Made by a program: the position numbers and the translations under genes
Notes under the pieces: generated by a model
What the model was told of the DNA's origin: nothing
The model's database searches: none
The model's input: only the letters and a program-made list of their open reading frames with translations
Part shown: in pieces, positions 1 to 8,617 of the stretch
Position numbering within the stretch: position 1 is the first letter of the stretch
Layout: each line of letters opens with the position of its first letter
IMG/VR virus record: IMGVR_UViG_2936390555_000003
Span: 1 to 64,000 of that record
Direction: 5' to 3' (one strand)
DNA: 64,000 nt
From: a virus
Lineage: Duplodnaviria; Heunggongvirae; Uroviricota; Caudoviricetes

Positions 1-993
1 CTATTTGTAGGTCGGTAGCACATTAATAGCTTCAATAAGTTGCTCTTTGGTCTTATGCGTGTATACTGAATCATCTACGTCACTCCCTGCATGACCGATT
101 ATTCTTTGAATGATAACCTTGTTCACGTTAGCGTTGTTCAGCATGGTCTCGCATGTATGTCTTCCGTCATGCGGTGTATGCTTTTGGAGACATGGTATTC
201 CGCTATTCTTCCAGCGGTGCTCCCTAAAATTTGACGTTGACATACTAACGAAAAGTTCCTTATCGCTCTGGTATCTCTGGATTATTGGCTTTATGGCATC
301 ATGAATAGGGATAACCCTGTCCTTCCCAGCTTTCGTTTTAATACCACCAATCATATAGTCCTCATGTATGTTAGAGTTTTTAAGGGTAAGCAATTCGCCA
401 ATTCTCATTCCGGTGAATATCAGTATCAGAGCCATGTCAGCTGTAAAGCCTCCTTCGTGTTGCCATAGTTCATGTATTTCTTCTGGAGAGAACGGGTAAT
501 GCAATGTTGACTTGTCTACAGCCTGGGGAGTTAAGGCATCCGCAAGGTTTGTTGAGGTATAGCTATTCATCATGGCAAACTTGTATAGCCCTTTGATTGC
601 TGCCTTTAAAACCTGGGATACCGATGGAGTAGTGCTATCCATTATCAATTGCAAATCATGTGCTGTCACATGTTTAAACTTGTGCCTGTGTAATGGAGTT
701 AGTTTTCTGAGCGATGCCTTATATGATGCTGAGATATCCTTTGAAGATGCCTTGTAATCCAGGAACTCCTGAACTACTTCGCCGAATGTCTTCTTGTTGC
801 CAGCAAGATACTGTGGTTCACGGTGGTATATAGCGAGGGCATCCAATCCTTCCTGGCGTGTCCTATAGTAGCCTATAGGTTCCCTGTCCACCTTGCCTTC
901 TGCGTTGATGCCATGCGATACCACAACTATCCACGGCTTCCTGCGCTTGCCTGAGAGCTTATAGACACTTCCGTATCCATTAGGTAATCTCAT
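1..993 (-). CDS. int: phage tyrosine integrase
   Basis: 330-aa ORF with catalytic-domain motifs (FTGMRIGELLTL Arg box; HDGRHTCET H-x-x-R; GHAGSDVDDSVYTH with the Tyr nucleophile). Sits beside the Xis-like and repressor genes. Its stop codon is TAG (cta at 1-3). Confidence 0.9.
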   Translation of the reverse strand: MRLPNGYGSVYKLSGKRRKPWIVVVSHGINAEGKVDREPIGYYRTRQEGLDALAIYHREPQYLAGNKKTFGEVVQEFLDYKASSKDISASYKASLRKLTPLHRHKFKHVTAHDLQLIMDSTTPSVSQVLKAAIKGLYKFAMMNSYTSTNLADALTPQAVDKSTLHYPFSPEEIHELWQHEGGFTADMALILIFTGMRIGELLTLKNSNIHEDYMIGGIKTKAGKDRVIPIHDAIKPIIQRYQSDKELFVSMSTSNFREHRWKNSGIPCLQKHTPHDGRHTCETMLNNANVNKVIIQRIIGHAGSDVDDSVYTHKTKEQLIEAINVLPTYK

Positions 994-1038
994 GATTAAT
1001 CGCCTCCCAAAAAATCTAAAAATTTTTCATGGTTATCC

Positions 1039-1067
1039 TTGACCATACATGTAATATAATGTATCAT
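1039..1067 (+). promoter_or_regulatory. sigma70-like promoter driving the xis-like gene: -35 TTGACC (1039-1044), 17-nt spacer, -10 TATCAT (1062-1067)
   Basis: Consensus-like hexamers with 17-nt spacing, about 35 nt upstream of the RBS of ORF 1102. Confidence 0.35.
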
Positions 1068-1080
1068 GTATATAGTCAAC
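1061..1080. promoter_or_regulatory. operator-like 20-mer GTATCATGTATATAGTCAAC (copy 1)
   Basis: Near-identical copy at 1569-1588 (TGTATCATATATGTAGTCAC). Both copies overlap the -10 elements of the two rightward promoters that flank the repressor gene. Confidence 0.35.
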
Positions 1081-1101
1081 AGGGCGAAAGGAGGTGTAAA
1101 T

Positions 1102-1287
1102 ATGAAGATTTCAATAGACTATGCCGCTCACCAAATGGGAGTGAGTCCATCGTTTCTCCGGGCAGGATTGCAACGAGGGGCTTTCCCATTTGGCACAGCG
1201 TACAAGAATGATAACCGGTGGAGCTACTATATTTTCCCAGCTAAGTTCCAGGAGTATATAGGCTCCGCATGTCCTCAAGGAATTTGA
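1102..1287 (+). CDS. small HTH DNA-binding protein, excisionase (Xis)-like
   Basis: RBS AAAGGAGGTG 7 nt before ATG 1102. 61 aa with an HTH-like MGVSPSFLRAGLQRG segment. Lies between int and the repressor. Its 3' end overlaps the repressor 3' end convergently by ~47 nt. Confidence 0.5.
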   Translation: MKISIDYAAHQMGVSPSFLRAGLQRGAFPFGTAYKNDNRWSYYIFPAKFQEYIGSACPQGI

Positions 1288-1528
1288 CCATGAGGTCAAG
1301 CTCTTCTTTGGAGAAACGTTTCGCTAAATGCAGGGACTCAACATTTCTTCCCATCATATGGTCAACGGAAACCTTGAGTTCATTTGCAGTCTTCTCGATA
1401 GTAGACCACTTTGGGTCACCTTCTCCATTTTCCAACCTCTGGATGGCTGGGAGAGACACGCCAACCCTGTAAGCAAGGTCTCTCTGGGACAGTCCCTGGG
1501 CTTCACGAAGTTCTCTAATTTTTCTCAT
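1241..1528 (-). CDS. XRE-family HTH repressor (cI-like)
   Basis: Canonical XRE HTH (QGLSQRDLAYRVGVSLPAIQRLENGE). RBS GGAAAGGAGTG upstream of ATG at 1528 (internal Met of listed ORF 1241..1588). Transcribed divergently from the early operon. Confidence 0.8.
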   Translation of the reverse strand: MRKIRELREAQGLSQRDLAYRVGVSLPAIQRLENGEGDPKWSTIEKTANELKVSVDHMMGRNVESLHLAKRFSKEELDLMVKFLEDMRSLYTPGT

Positions 1529-1547
1529 AAAAATTTCACTCCTTTCC

Positions 1548-1576
1548 TTGACTACACTTATGACATGTTGTATCAT
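1548..1576 (+). promoter_or_regulatory. early rightward promoter (PR-like): -35 TTGACT (1548-1553), 17-nt spacer, -10 TATCAT (1571-1576)
   Basis: Perfect spacing, immediately upstream of the early operon. Overlapped by operator-like repeat copy 2 (1569-1588). Confidence 0.45.
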
Positions 1577-1610
1577 ATATGTAGTCACTGAGGTAAACTT
1601 CTATAGATAC

Positions 1611-1619
1611 ATTATAGCA
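1611..1619 (-). promoter_or_regulatory. extended -10 (TGcTATAAT on minus strand) candidate promoter for the repressor gene
   Basis: Reverse complement of attatagca gives TGCTATAAT, about 85 nt upstream of the repressor start and divergent from PR. Confidence 0.3.
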
Positions 1620-1673
1620 CAGTTTGTCAAGGGTGAAAAGCAGTTTTTTAAAAATTTTTTAGGAGGTCATATC

Positions 1674-2270
1674 ATGGCAAAGATTATCAAGAAGTCGTTT
1701 GACAACAAGGTTACTCCGAAGGGATTAGCCAAGTGGGTAAAAGTAAACTCCAGGTACGATGAATACGAGGGTAAGAAGAAGTACACTGTAACCCTGCGGT
1801 TCCCGAACAAGGACGATGAGGCTCGCATGAAGAAGTTCTGTGATGATACCTTGGCAGAAGCAAAGAAACTGTCTGAGTTCGAGGGGCGTACATGGAGAAG
1901 CGGTGATGACCTGCGCAATGGCTATACCGTAAACGAGGATGGCTCTCTGGACTTCAAGTTCCAGACCGCAGCATTCTATACCGACAAGGATACCGGTGAG
2001 CTGGTTCAGAAGTTCATCCCTGTATTCAATGTAGCAACCCAGTCAAAACTGCCACACGATGTAAGCATTGGTGATAACTCTGAATTGCGCATTGCATTCA
2101 TGCCGATGGCATATTGGATGACCAAAGACTCAAACGGTGTGAATCTGTACATTAACAAGATTGTCGTTGATAAACTGATTGAGTTCGGCGGTAGTGATGA
2201 TTTCAGTGAGTTCGGTATTGAGATGCCGGTGAGAGAGCCTGGCCTCGATGAGGAGGACGTTCCAATCTGA
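1674..2270 (+). CDS. first early-operon protein; possible phage ssDNA-binding protein (DUF2815-like, tentative)
   Basis: RBS TTAGGAGGTCAT before ATG 1674 (internal Met of ORF 1548..2270). Acidic C-terminus. Followed by primase-helicase and a PD-(D/E)XK-like nuclease, as in DUF2815/DUF2800 replication modules. Confidence 0.55.
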   Translation: MAKIIKKSFDNKVTPKGLAKWVKVNSRYDEYEGKKKYTVTLRFPNKDDEARMKKFCDDTLAEAKKLSEFEGRTWRSGDDLRNGYTVNEDGSLDFKFQTAAFYTDKDTGELVQKFIPVFNVATQSKLPHDVSIGDNSELRIAFMPMAYWMTKDSNGVNLYINKIVVDKLIEFGGSDDFSEFGIEMPVREPGLDEEDVPI

Positions 2271-2563
2271 TGAAAAGCTGGGATGACTGCAATAAGCCTC
2301 ACAGGCTGGCAAAGAAGTTCCTTGGAATAACAGGTGACTTCTCCAAGAAGAACTTCTTTGCTGTCTACAGCTTCTTTAAGAAGCAACAGGAGACCACTCT
2401 GAATCTGCTATATGAGTACCTTTGCTCCCTTGACGGGAAGCGAAAGATTACTATGGCAGACCTGTTTAAACAGGCGGATGAGTGGAACACGAGAAGCAAA
2501 GTAAAACACATAACTCATAGTAATGTTACTGATTATCTTGAGTTATTAGGAGGTACACGATGA
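2270..2563 (+). CDS. hypothetical protein (97 aa)
   Basis: ATG overlaps the upstream stop (TGATG). Same-strand operon context. Confidence 0.55.
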   Translation: MKSWDDCNKPHRLAKKFLGITGDFSKKNFFAVYSFFKKQQETTLNLLYEYLCSLDGKRKITMADLFKQADEWNTRSKVKHITHSNVTDYLELLGGTR

Positions 2564-2757
2564 AAGATTTCATAGGGGTTCCAAGGGTGAAGTTGAAAGA
2601 CTTCTATAAGATGGTGAAGGCTAAGGCACAGGCTGAGGCTGAGGAGCACAGGAAAGCGAGGAAGGCAAGGCATGAAGCTCAGAACGCTGATGATGACGAT
2701 GGTTCTGGTTCTGAGCCAAAGCGTGAACGCATCCGCACCAGGGCACGTTTACAGTGA
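2560..2757 (+). CDS. hypothetical small charged protein (65 aa)
   Basis: RBS GGAGGTACACG before ATG 2560. Its 3' third overlaps the start of the 3D-domain gene in another frame, so its true extent is uncertain. Confidence 0.4.
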   Translation: MKDFIGVPRVKLKDFYKMVKAKAQAEAEEHRKARKARHEAQNADDDDGSGSEPKRERIRTRARLQ

Positions 2758-3085
2758 CCTTTCTTTTTGTCGCCCCAAAGACATTATAGAAGATGTAAAA
2801 CCAACTGTAAGATACATAGCAAATGTATCATGGTATACAGCTTCTGACGATGAATGTGGAAAGTCAGATGGAATCACTGCGAGCGGTGAGCAAGCGGTTG
2901 CCGGAATTACGGTGGCCGCTGATGACCTTCCGCTGGGTACAAGAGTCCGCATTAACGGTCATGAATACATCGTTCATGACAGGTTTGGCGGTGGGTATAA
3001 AGGGCGCATAGATATTTATTGTGAAAGTAAAGAGGAGGCATTTGCTAACGGTAGGCAAATGCTAGAAGTGGAGGTACTGGAATAA
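2672..3085 (+). CDS. secreted 3D-domain (MltA/YocH-like) protein
   Basis: N-terminal signal-peptide-like MKLRTLMMTMVLVLSQSVNASA. 3D-domain motifs WYTASDDECGKSDGITASG...GITVAADDLPLGTRVRINGHEYIVHDRFGGGYKGRIDIY. RBS GAGGAAGG upstream. Confidence 0.6.
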   Translation: MKLRTLMMTMVLVLSQSVNASAPGHVYSDLSFCRPKDIIEDVKPTVRYIANVSWYTASDDECGKSDGITASGEQAVAGITVAADDLPLGTRVRINGHEYIVHDRFGGGYKGRIDIYCESKEEAFANGRQMLEVEVLE

Positions 3086-3279
3086 TGGACAATATAAGAG
3101 CAAAGATATTTATTGAAGCAGATGAAGCAGGTACAAAGGTTGAAGTTAATGGTGCCCCATCTATTATCATGTTCTTCCTTGGTCAGGTCATAGTTGACAT
3201 ATCGAAAACATCTGATGTACCACTGGAGGACATACGTGAGATGCTTGCAAAGTCTATTCAAGTATGGTCTGAGGATTAA
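3085..3279 (+). CDS. hypothetical protein (64 aa)
   Basis: ATG overlaps the upstream stop (TAATG). Operon context. Confidence 0.5.
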   Translation: MDNIRAKIFIEADEAGTKVEVNGAPSIIMFFLGQVIVDISKTSDVPLEDIREMLAKSIQVWSED

Positions 3280-3298
3280 TTGTGAGAGGACATGACAC

Positions 3299-5284
3299 AT
3301 GAATGTTAATAGCTTACTAAGGAAAAGCCTGGTGGAATATATTCCGGAGGCGCAATTGCATAGCGATGGGACATATCGGTGCGCATGTCCTATTCATAAC
3401 GGTGATAACCCAACGTCATTCACTATCTTTCCACAGGAGAATACATTCCATTGCTTCTCCTGTGGAGCCCATGGCAACATCATTAACTTTGTCATGGAGC
3501 GTGACAGCGTATGCTTCGACACCGCAGTCAAAACCCTCTGTGATGATTTCGGTGTTGAGATTGATGATCCGAAGTACAAGGAGCAGCTTGATATTACCCA
3601 GCGTAATGCAAGGTGGGCAGTGGGTATGCAGAGACAGCTCCCACGCATCATTGATTACCTGCACAAGCGCGGGCTGACCGATGAATCCATCAAGACATTT
3701 GGTCTTGGGTACAGCGAAAAGCTACAGGCTCTTTCGATTCCCATGTACGACACCTGGGGCCGGTGTGTGGCATTTCTCTATAGATACTTTGACCAGATGC
3801 CTAAGTACAAGAACAGCAAGAATATAGATGGACTCTTTGTTAAGGGTAAGTTCTTGTATGGCCTTCCACAGGCACAGCGGTTCCTGCGCAAGACGAAGAC
3901 TCTCATGCTTTGCGAGGGAGCCATGGATGCCATCAGTGCAATCCAGCAGGAGAACTGCTGTGTAGCCTACTGTGGTATCAGTGTTGGCAAGGCTCACATC
4001 GAGCAGATAAAGGAAGTCATTAAGCCAATTGGTGCCAAGGTTGTCCTGTGTCCTGACAATGATGGCAAGGCTGGCAAGTTTGTTCTGAGAGCCCGTGACT
4101 TATTCATGAAGCAAGCACCGGACACGGTTGTCAAAGTAGCCGTGATACCTGATGGGGCAAAGGACTTCAACGACATGCTTGTCCAGGGCATGGATATAGC
4201 CAACGATTGCAAGTATGAATCCGTGGACTTGTACTGTGTAAAGCAGATTGTAGCCAATGAGCCCGACAGGGATATGCAGGAAAAGCAAGTGGTCGCTTTC
4301 ATGTGTACCGTGAGGAACCCTTTGACTCGTGCTGATATAGCTGAATATCTTGCTGACGTATGGGAGCGCGATGTAGCTCTGGTTCGTGAGTTATTCAATA
4401 TCAAGCAGGATACAGCCGAGGAACAAATCAAGGACATCATGACAGTGGACGTTGGGTATCAGAGGCTGGAACATAAGAAGGTCGAGGAAACCTTCGGAGT
4501 TGGCTTTGATAACATCGACAATACCATTCAGTTCACAAGGAAGAATGTGGTTATCCTTGGAGCGTACAGTGGTTCTGGCAAGACTACCATGTTAGCCGAG
4601 TGGATATTGCACTGGTGCATCAAGTGCCACAAGAAAGTCCTGTTCTTCTCACTGGAGATGCCAGTGGAAGACATAATGAAAATCCTCATATCCAAGATTG
4701 TGCAGATACAGCAGTTCAAGGTATACGAGTATATCAAGGAGCGTCCTGATACCTATGAGCTAATCATGGATGCCCTGAAGAAATACCTGTTCATCGTGGA
4801 CAAGAACTACTTATCCTTTGATGATATGGGAAACTACATCAAGCTCCTGGCCTCACGCGATATTATGGTTGACATAGTAGCCGTGGATTACTTCCAGTAC
4901 ATGCAGGGCACTGACACGCTGGAAGGGCAGGAGAATACAGCGAAGAACATGAAAGCCTTCGCAAAAGAGAATAACGTGACATTGTTCATGCTTTCACAGC
5001 TCAATAAGGGAAGTCAAAAGGATGGCAGCGGAAAATTCAGAGAGCCGGTGCAGACTGACCTCATGGGCTCAGGTGCTATAGGCAATTCAGGTGATTACGT
5101 GGTTGCTATATGGAGACCAGCGCAGGTTCCTGGCTTATCACCGATTGACCGTGAGCATGTGAAGTACGACACGATGTTCAAGATAATCAAGGCTCGCGAG
5201 GTAAGAAGTGGTGACATCATATTTAATCTGGTGTACAACCCTGATACCTCACGATTAATGGAAAAGATTGGAGAGACAGTATAA
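3299..5284 (+). CDS. bifunctional DNA primase / DnaB-family replicative helicase
   Basis: N-terminal zinc-binding CHC2 motif (CACPIHNGDNPTSFTIF...FHCFSCGAHGN). TOPRIM motifs (LMLCEGAMDAISA...VLCPDNDGKAGK). C-terminal Walker A GAYSGSGKTT and DnaB-like VDYFQYM. Confidence 0.9.
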   Translation: MNVNSLLRKSLVEYIPEAQLHSDGTYRCACPIHNGDNPTSFTIFPQENTFHCFSCGAHGNIINFVMERDSVCFDTAVKTLCDDFGVEIDDPKYKEQLDITQRNARWAVGMQRQLPRIIDYLHKRGLTDESIKTFGLGYSEKLQALSIPMYDTWGRCVAFLYRYFDQMPKYKNSKNIDGLFVKGKFLYGLPQAQRFLRKTKTLMLCEGAMDAISAIQQENCCVAYCGISVGKAHIEQIKEVIKPIGAKVVLCPDNDGKAGKFVLRARDLFMKQAPDTVVKVAVIPDGAKDFNDMLVQGMDIANDCKYESVDLYCVKQIVANEPDRDMQEKQVVAFMCTVRNPLTRADIAEYLADVWERDVALVRELFNIKQDTAEEQIKDIMTVDVGYQRLEHKKVEETFGVGFDNIDNTIQFTRKNVVILGAYSGSGKTTMLAEWILHWCIKCHKKVLFFSLEMPVEDIMKILISKIVQIQQFKVYEYIKERPDTYELIMDALKKYLFIVDKNYLSFDDMGNYIKLLASRDIMVDIVAVDYFQYMQGTDTLEGQENTAKNMKAFAKENNVTLFMLSQLNKGSQKDGSGKFREPVQTDLMGSGAIGNSGDYVVAIWRPAQVPGLSPIDREHVKYDTMFKIIKAREVRSGDIIFNLVYNPDTSRLMEKIGETV

Positions 5285-6129
5285 TGCCAGCGATAGGTTT
5301 TAAATGTCCTAATGGGGACAAGGTTACATTCGAGCAGTGCTTTGCAGGGTGTGACCATCAGTGCATGAGCTTACCTGCACTCAAGGCTACATCGCAACCA
5401 CATTGGTTCGGTAAGCCAAGTGTTACCCAGCTCTTAGCACCGACACGCATCATGTACCTACAGATTATGAATGACTTCTACCTGAATCCGCACGGTAGCA
5501 TAGCAGCCATGATTGGCACATCAATGCACGCCATCATGGAAGACAATTGTCCCGATGGATGGATAATGGAGAAGCGTTTGGAAGATGACATTACATCGGG
5601 AGCCTTCGATGCCTACGATGCGACAACGAAAACCCTGTATGACTTCAAGAACTATGGAGCCTACAAGGTATCGCAGGTACTTGGCTACAAGGCTCGCTGG
5701 GTAAAGCGTACAGTTACCAGGGGAAAGCACGCTGGCGAAGAACGCTGGGAGCAGAAGTTTGAACCTGGTGGCGTGAGGCATGTGCATGACGTAGCATTAC
5801 AGATGAATTACTACCGCATCCTCATGGGGAAGCATGGGTATCCGGTGGAGAAAATGATGGTTCAGGTGTTTGTCCGCGGTGGTCTGGATAAGACAGCGAA
5901 AAGCTATGGAGTTACCCAGCCGACATACCTTGTGCCCATCAATCCAATATCAGACCGATGGGTGCGGAGGTACTTCGAGATGAAGTATAAGAAGCTCATG
6001 GATGCCGTGGAGAGCGGTGTCGTGCCGGAGGTATGCAAGCCGGTGGAGCGATGGAATGACCGCAGATGCAAGGACTTCTGCGAGGTTAATGAGTTGTGTC
6101 CATATTACCAGAAGAACTACATGGTGTAA
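5284..6129 (+). CDS. Cas4/RecB-like PD-(D/E)XK nuclease with Cys clusters (DUF2800-like, tentative)
   Basis: N-terminal C-x10-C-x3-C-x3-C and C-terminal C-x10-C-x3-C-x5-C clusters around a central region with nuclease-like acidic/lysine motifs. Position after primase-helicase typical of phage replication modules. Confidence 0.5.
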   Translation: MPAIGFKCPNGDKVTFEQCFAGCDHQCMSLPALKATSQPHWFGKPSVTQLLAPTRIMYLQIMNDFYLNPHGSIAAMIGTSMHAIMEDNCPDGWIMEKRLEDDITSGAFDAYDATTKTLYDFKNYGAYKVSQVLGYKARWVKRTVTRGKHAGEERWEQKFEPGGVRHVHDVALQMNYYRILMGKHGYPVEKMMVQVFVRGGLDKTAKSYGVTQPTYLVPINPISDRWVRRYFEMKYKKLMDAVESGVVPEVCKPVERWNDRRCKDFCEVNELCPYYQKNYMV

Positions 6130-6142
6130 GGAGGAAGAACAA

Positions 6143-6442
6143 ATGACTAACGAGGAATTTCTGAGAAGATTTGATGCGCATGAAAAGTTCACCAAGAGAG
6201 AAATCAGGGAAATGTGCTGGGGGGAAGTCGGCGAGTTTATTGATGAGCGTGTAGTTGATGAATTACGTTGGTTTTTATCAAAGGAGACAATATTTCAGGT
6301 AGAAGATAGGTTCTTTAGTATAAGTTGGTTTCAGGGAGCCACTGAATGCCAGGAAAATGAATATGATGATAGTTATCCAGTGGAAGTACGCAGGGTTGAA
6401 AAGGTTGCATACGATTATGTGCCAATCGAGGAGGACAACTGA
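6143..6442 (+). CDS. hypothetical protein (99 aa)
   Basis: RBS TAAGGAGGAAG before ATG 6143 (internal Met of ORF 6002..6442). Confidence 0.6.
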   Translation: MTNEEFLRRFDAHEKFTKREIREMCWGEVGEFIDERVVDELRWFLSKETIFQVEDRFFSISWFQGATECQENEYDDSYPVEVRRVEKVAYDYVPIEEDN

Positions 6443-6678
6443 TGAACAAGATGTGTGAGGTGGCGCACTTGCTTGGCCTGGAGCTGGGGCAATTCTTCAT
6501 GATAGATGTGTTCGAGGGTGTATTTTGTATCACGGAGCATGGCCTCGTAAACGTAATCCTTAAAGGGAATGTAATTAACAATGAGCAGGGTGAGATATTA
6601 CAACGCTTGCTCTTGGGTGACTTCGAGATTACTCATGTTGCCAAGTGGACAAAGATTAAGGAGGGATATCATGGCTGA
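6442..6678 (+). CDS. hypothetical protein (78 aa)
   Basis: ATG overlaps the upstream stop (TGATG). Operon context. Confidence 0.5.
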   Translation: MNKMCEVAHLLGLELGQFFMIDVFEGVFCITEHGLVNVILKGNVINNEQGEILQRLLLGDFEITHVAKWTKIKEGYHG

Positions 6679-7174
6679 TTTGTTTGATAATGTATATACG
6701 CACTGTAAGTCATTCAATAGTTCTGAATGTATAAACAATGGCGAAAGGTGTAAGTTCAGAGAAGGTGATGATGGTTGTAAAATAGAGAACATCACTGGTG
6801 AGGTACCGATACTCTGGGATGATGAAGATAGAGAGAGTATCAATAAGGTTCTCGCGGAGCACCATATCAGCATCGAAAATGACAATGGTATTGAGAACGA
6901 CAACAATGGCTACAGTACATCTCAGAAGCACTATATAGCCAAGTCTCCTATTGAGTTCATGCAGACTCTCATGAGCAAGGAGATGTTTGTTGGCTTCTGT
7001 ATTGGTAATACCGTCAAGTACCTGATGCGTGCGCCGTTCAAGGGACAGCTCAGGAGTGACCTTGATAAGGCTAGGCAGTATTCGTGGTGGGCATCGCTTG
7101 CCAGGAAAGGTAAAGTGGTTGACCCATCGGAGCCTGTACCCAAGGATTTCAAGACGAGGGTGTTTATATGTTAA
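6671..7174 (+). CDS. DUF3310-like phage protein
   Basis: RBS AAGGAGGGA before ATG 6671. Motifs YIAKSPIEFMQ...GNTVKYLMRAPFKG...DLDKARQY resemble the DUF3310 family. Confidence 0.5.
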   Translation: MADLFDNVYTHCKSFNSSECINNGERCKFREGDDGCKIENITGEVPILWDDEDRESINKVLAEHHISIENDNGIENDNNGYSTSQKHYIAKSPIEFMQTLMSKEMFVGFCIGNTVKYLMRAPFKGQLRSDLDKARQYSWWASLARKGKVVDPSEPVPKDFKTRVFIC

Positions 7175-7356
7175 GAAGTTTTATCATATTTGCAGTAATG
7201 GTTATCGCTGGTACATTTGTTTACCTGGTTGTAAATTACGCCAAGGGGTTTGGCAGATGTATCATGGATATAAAGAAGCGTTTTATGGATTCCATCTCTG
7301 ATGATGGAGTGCCGGAGAACATCAAGGTGACAAAGTTAAGGAGGACGAGAACATGA
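7168..7356 (+). CDS. small single-TM membrane protein (possible NfeD-like partner of the SPFH protein)
   Basis: 62 aa with hydrophobic N-terminus IIFAVMVIAGTFVYLVV. Overlaps the SPFH gene start by 4 nt. Confidence 0.5.
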   Translation: MLRSFIIFAVMVIAGTFVYLVVNYAKGFGRCIMDIKKRFMDSISDDGVPENIKVTKLRRTRT

Positions 7357-8213
7357 GTAACAATGGAAAAATTGGAATGACAGGTATTGCAGTGGCGATG
7401 ATGTTAGCCATCGGTCTTGGGGCAACGGCTTCATATAAGGTGGATCCTGGGTACGCCGGTGTTGTCTACAATATGGATGGTGGCCTTGAGGAGGAAACCT
7501 TGGGGCAGGGCTTTCACATGGTATTGCCATGGAAGAAGGTTATTGAGTATCCTGTAAGCACCGAGACTGTGTACTATACTAAGTCTAACGATGACGGTGA
7601 GCAGGTTGACAACAGCATTAATGTGAATACCAAGGATGGCAAGCAGGTAAATGTATCCGTGACCTACGCTTATCACATGGATGAAGCAATGCTTCCTTCG
7701 GTATTCGAGAAGTTCAGAGGTCAGAAGGCTTCCGCGATTGAGGCTGGCTACATGAAGAACGAGATGTATCAGGCGATTAACGAGGTTACCTCTCAGTATT
7801 CTCTGATGGAGCTGGTTGGCAATAAGCGGCCTCAGATTAACGAGGAGATTCTCAGGAAGTTCCGTAGTTCCCTTGAGCAGTACGGCATTATCATTGAGAC
7901 CTTCAATTTGTCCGATGTAGTTCCTGATGAGCAGACCAAGACTGCAATTCAGGCTGTGGTAGATGCGCAGAACGCACTGGAAAAGGCAAAGGTTGAAAAG
8001 GAACAGGCTGAGGTTGAAGCTGAGAAGGCAAGGGTGGCAGCTAAGGGCAAGGCTGATGCTGAAATCATTGAAGCCGAAGGTACAGCCAATGCAAATGCAA
8101 AGCTCCAGCAGAGCCTGACACCGCTTATCGTTGAACAGCGTAAGCTCGAAAAGTGGGACGGTAAACTCCCTGGTATCGTTGCCGGTAATTCAAATCTTTT
8201 GATTCAGCCATAA
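7353..8213 (+). CDS. SPFH/band-7 (prohibitin/HflKC-like) membrane protein
   Basis: N-terminal TM segment. SPFH core VDPGYAGVVYNMDGG...GFHMVLPWKKVIEYPVSTETV. C-terminal Ala/Glu/Lys-rich coiled coil. Confidence 0.8.
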   Translation: MSNNGKIGMTGIAVAMMLAIGLGATASYKVDPGYAGVVYNMDGGLEEETLGQGFHMVLPWKKVIEYPVSTETVYYTKSNDDGEQVDNSINVNTKDGKQVNVSVTYAYHMDEAMLPSVFEKFRGQKASAIEAGYMKNEMYQAINEVTSQYSLMELVGNKRPQINEEILRKFRSSLEQYGIIIETFNLSDVVPDEQTKTAIQAVVDAQNALEKAKVEKEQAEVEAEKARVAAKGKADAEIIEAEGTANANAKLQQSLTPLIVEQRKLEKWDGKLPGIVAGNSNLLIQP

Positions 8214-8219
8214 GGAGGA

Positions 8220-8441
8220 ATGTACATGAGTAAGATTATTATCAGTGTTGACGATGATGAAAAAGTCTCGGTTGAGTACGATGGTTGCGAGGATAACCTG
8301 CGTACCCTGGGAACGTTGCACTTTGCGCTTGTCAAAGAGATTGCTAAGTTCTACAACGTTGACCTGGGCGAGGCAACGTTTATCATTGGCAAGATGTCAT
8401 TCAATATTATCCGTAGCTTAATTGAGGAGGAAAACGTATGA
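8220..8441 (+). CDS. hypothetical protein (73 aa)
   Basis: RBS TAAGGAGGAATG upstream. Operon context. Confidence 0.5.
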   Translation: MYMSKIIISVDDDEKVSVEYDGCEDNLRTLGTLHFALVKEIAKFYNVDLGEATFIIGKMSFNIIRSLIEEENV

Positions 8442-8617
8442 AGGCAACAACAAAGGCAGAGATTCACATGATAGTTGAACCGCTGGAGGCACTTGTAATC
8501 TACAAGGCGTTGTCCGGCAAGAAGATGGATTCCGAGGAAGATGGTGTCCGCAAGGAGCTCTTGGAGCAGCTGAATTCAACCGTATGCTTCGGCGTTGCAG
8601 AGGAAATCCTTGGCTGA
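8438..8617 (+). CDS. hypothetical protein (59 aa; absent from the ORF track because it is under 60 aa)
   Basis: RBS TTGAGGAGGAAAAC before ATG 8438. Translates to MKATTKAEIHMIVEPLEALVIYKALSGKKMDSEEDGVRKELLEQLNSTVCFGVAEEILG. Coordinates hand-derived. Confidence 0.45.
   Translation: MKATTKAEIHMIVEPLEALVIYKALSGKKMDSEEDGVRKELLEQLNSTVCFGVAEEILG

Noticed and set aside
2560-2757. Treating ORF 2560..2757 as certainly real despite overlap with the 3D-domain gene
   Set aside because: Not rejected outright. Both are reported at reduced confidence because the 86-nt out-of-frame overlap cannot be resolved from sequence alone.
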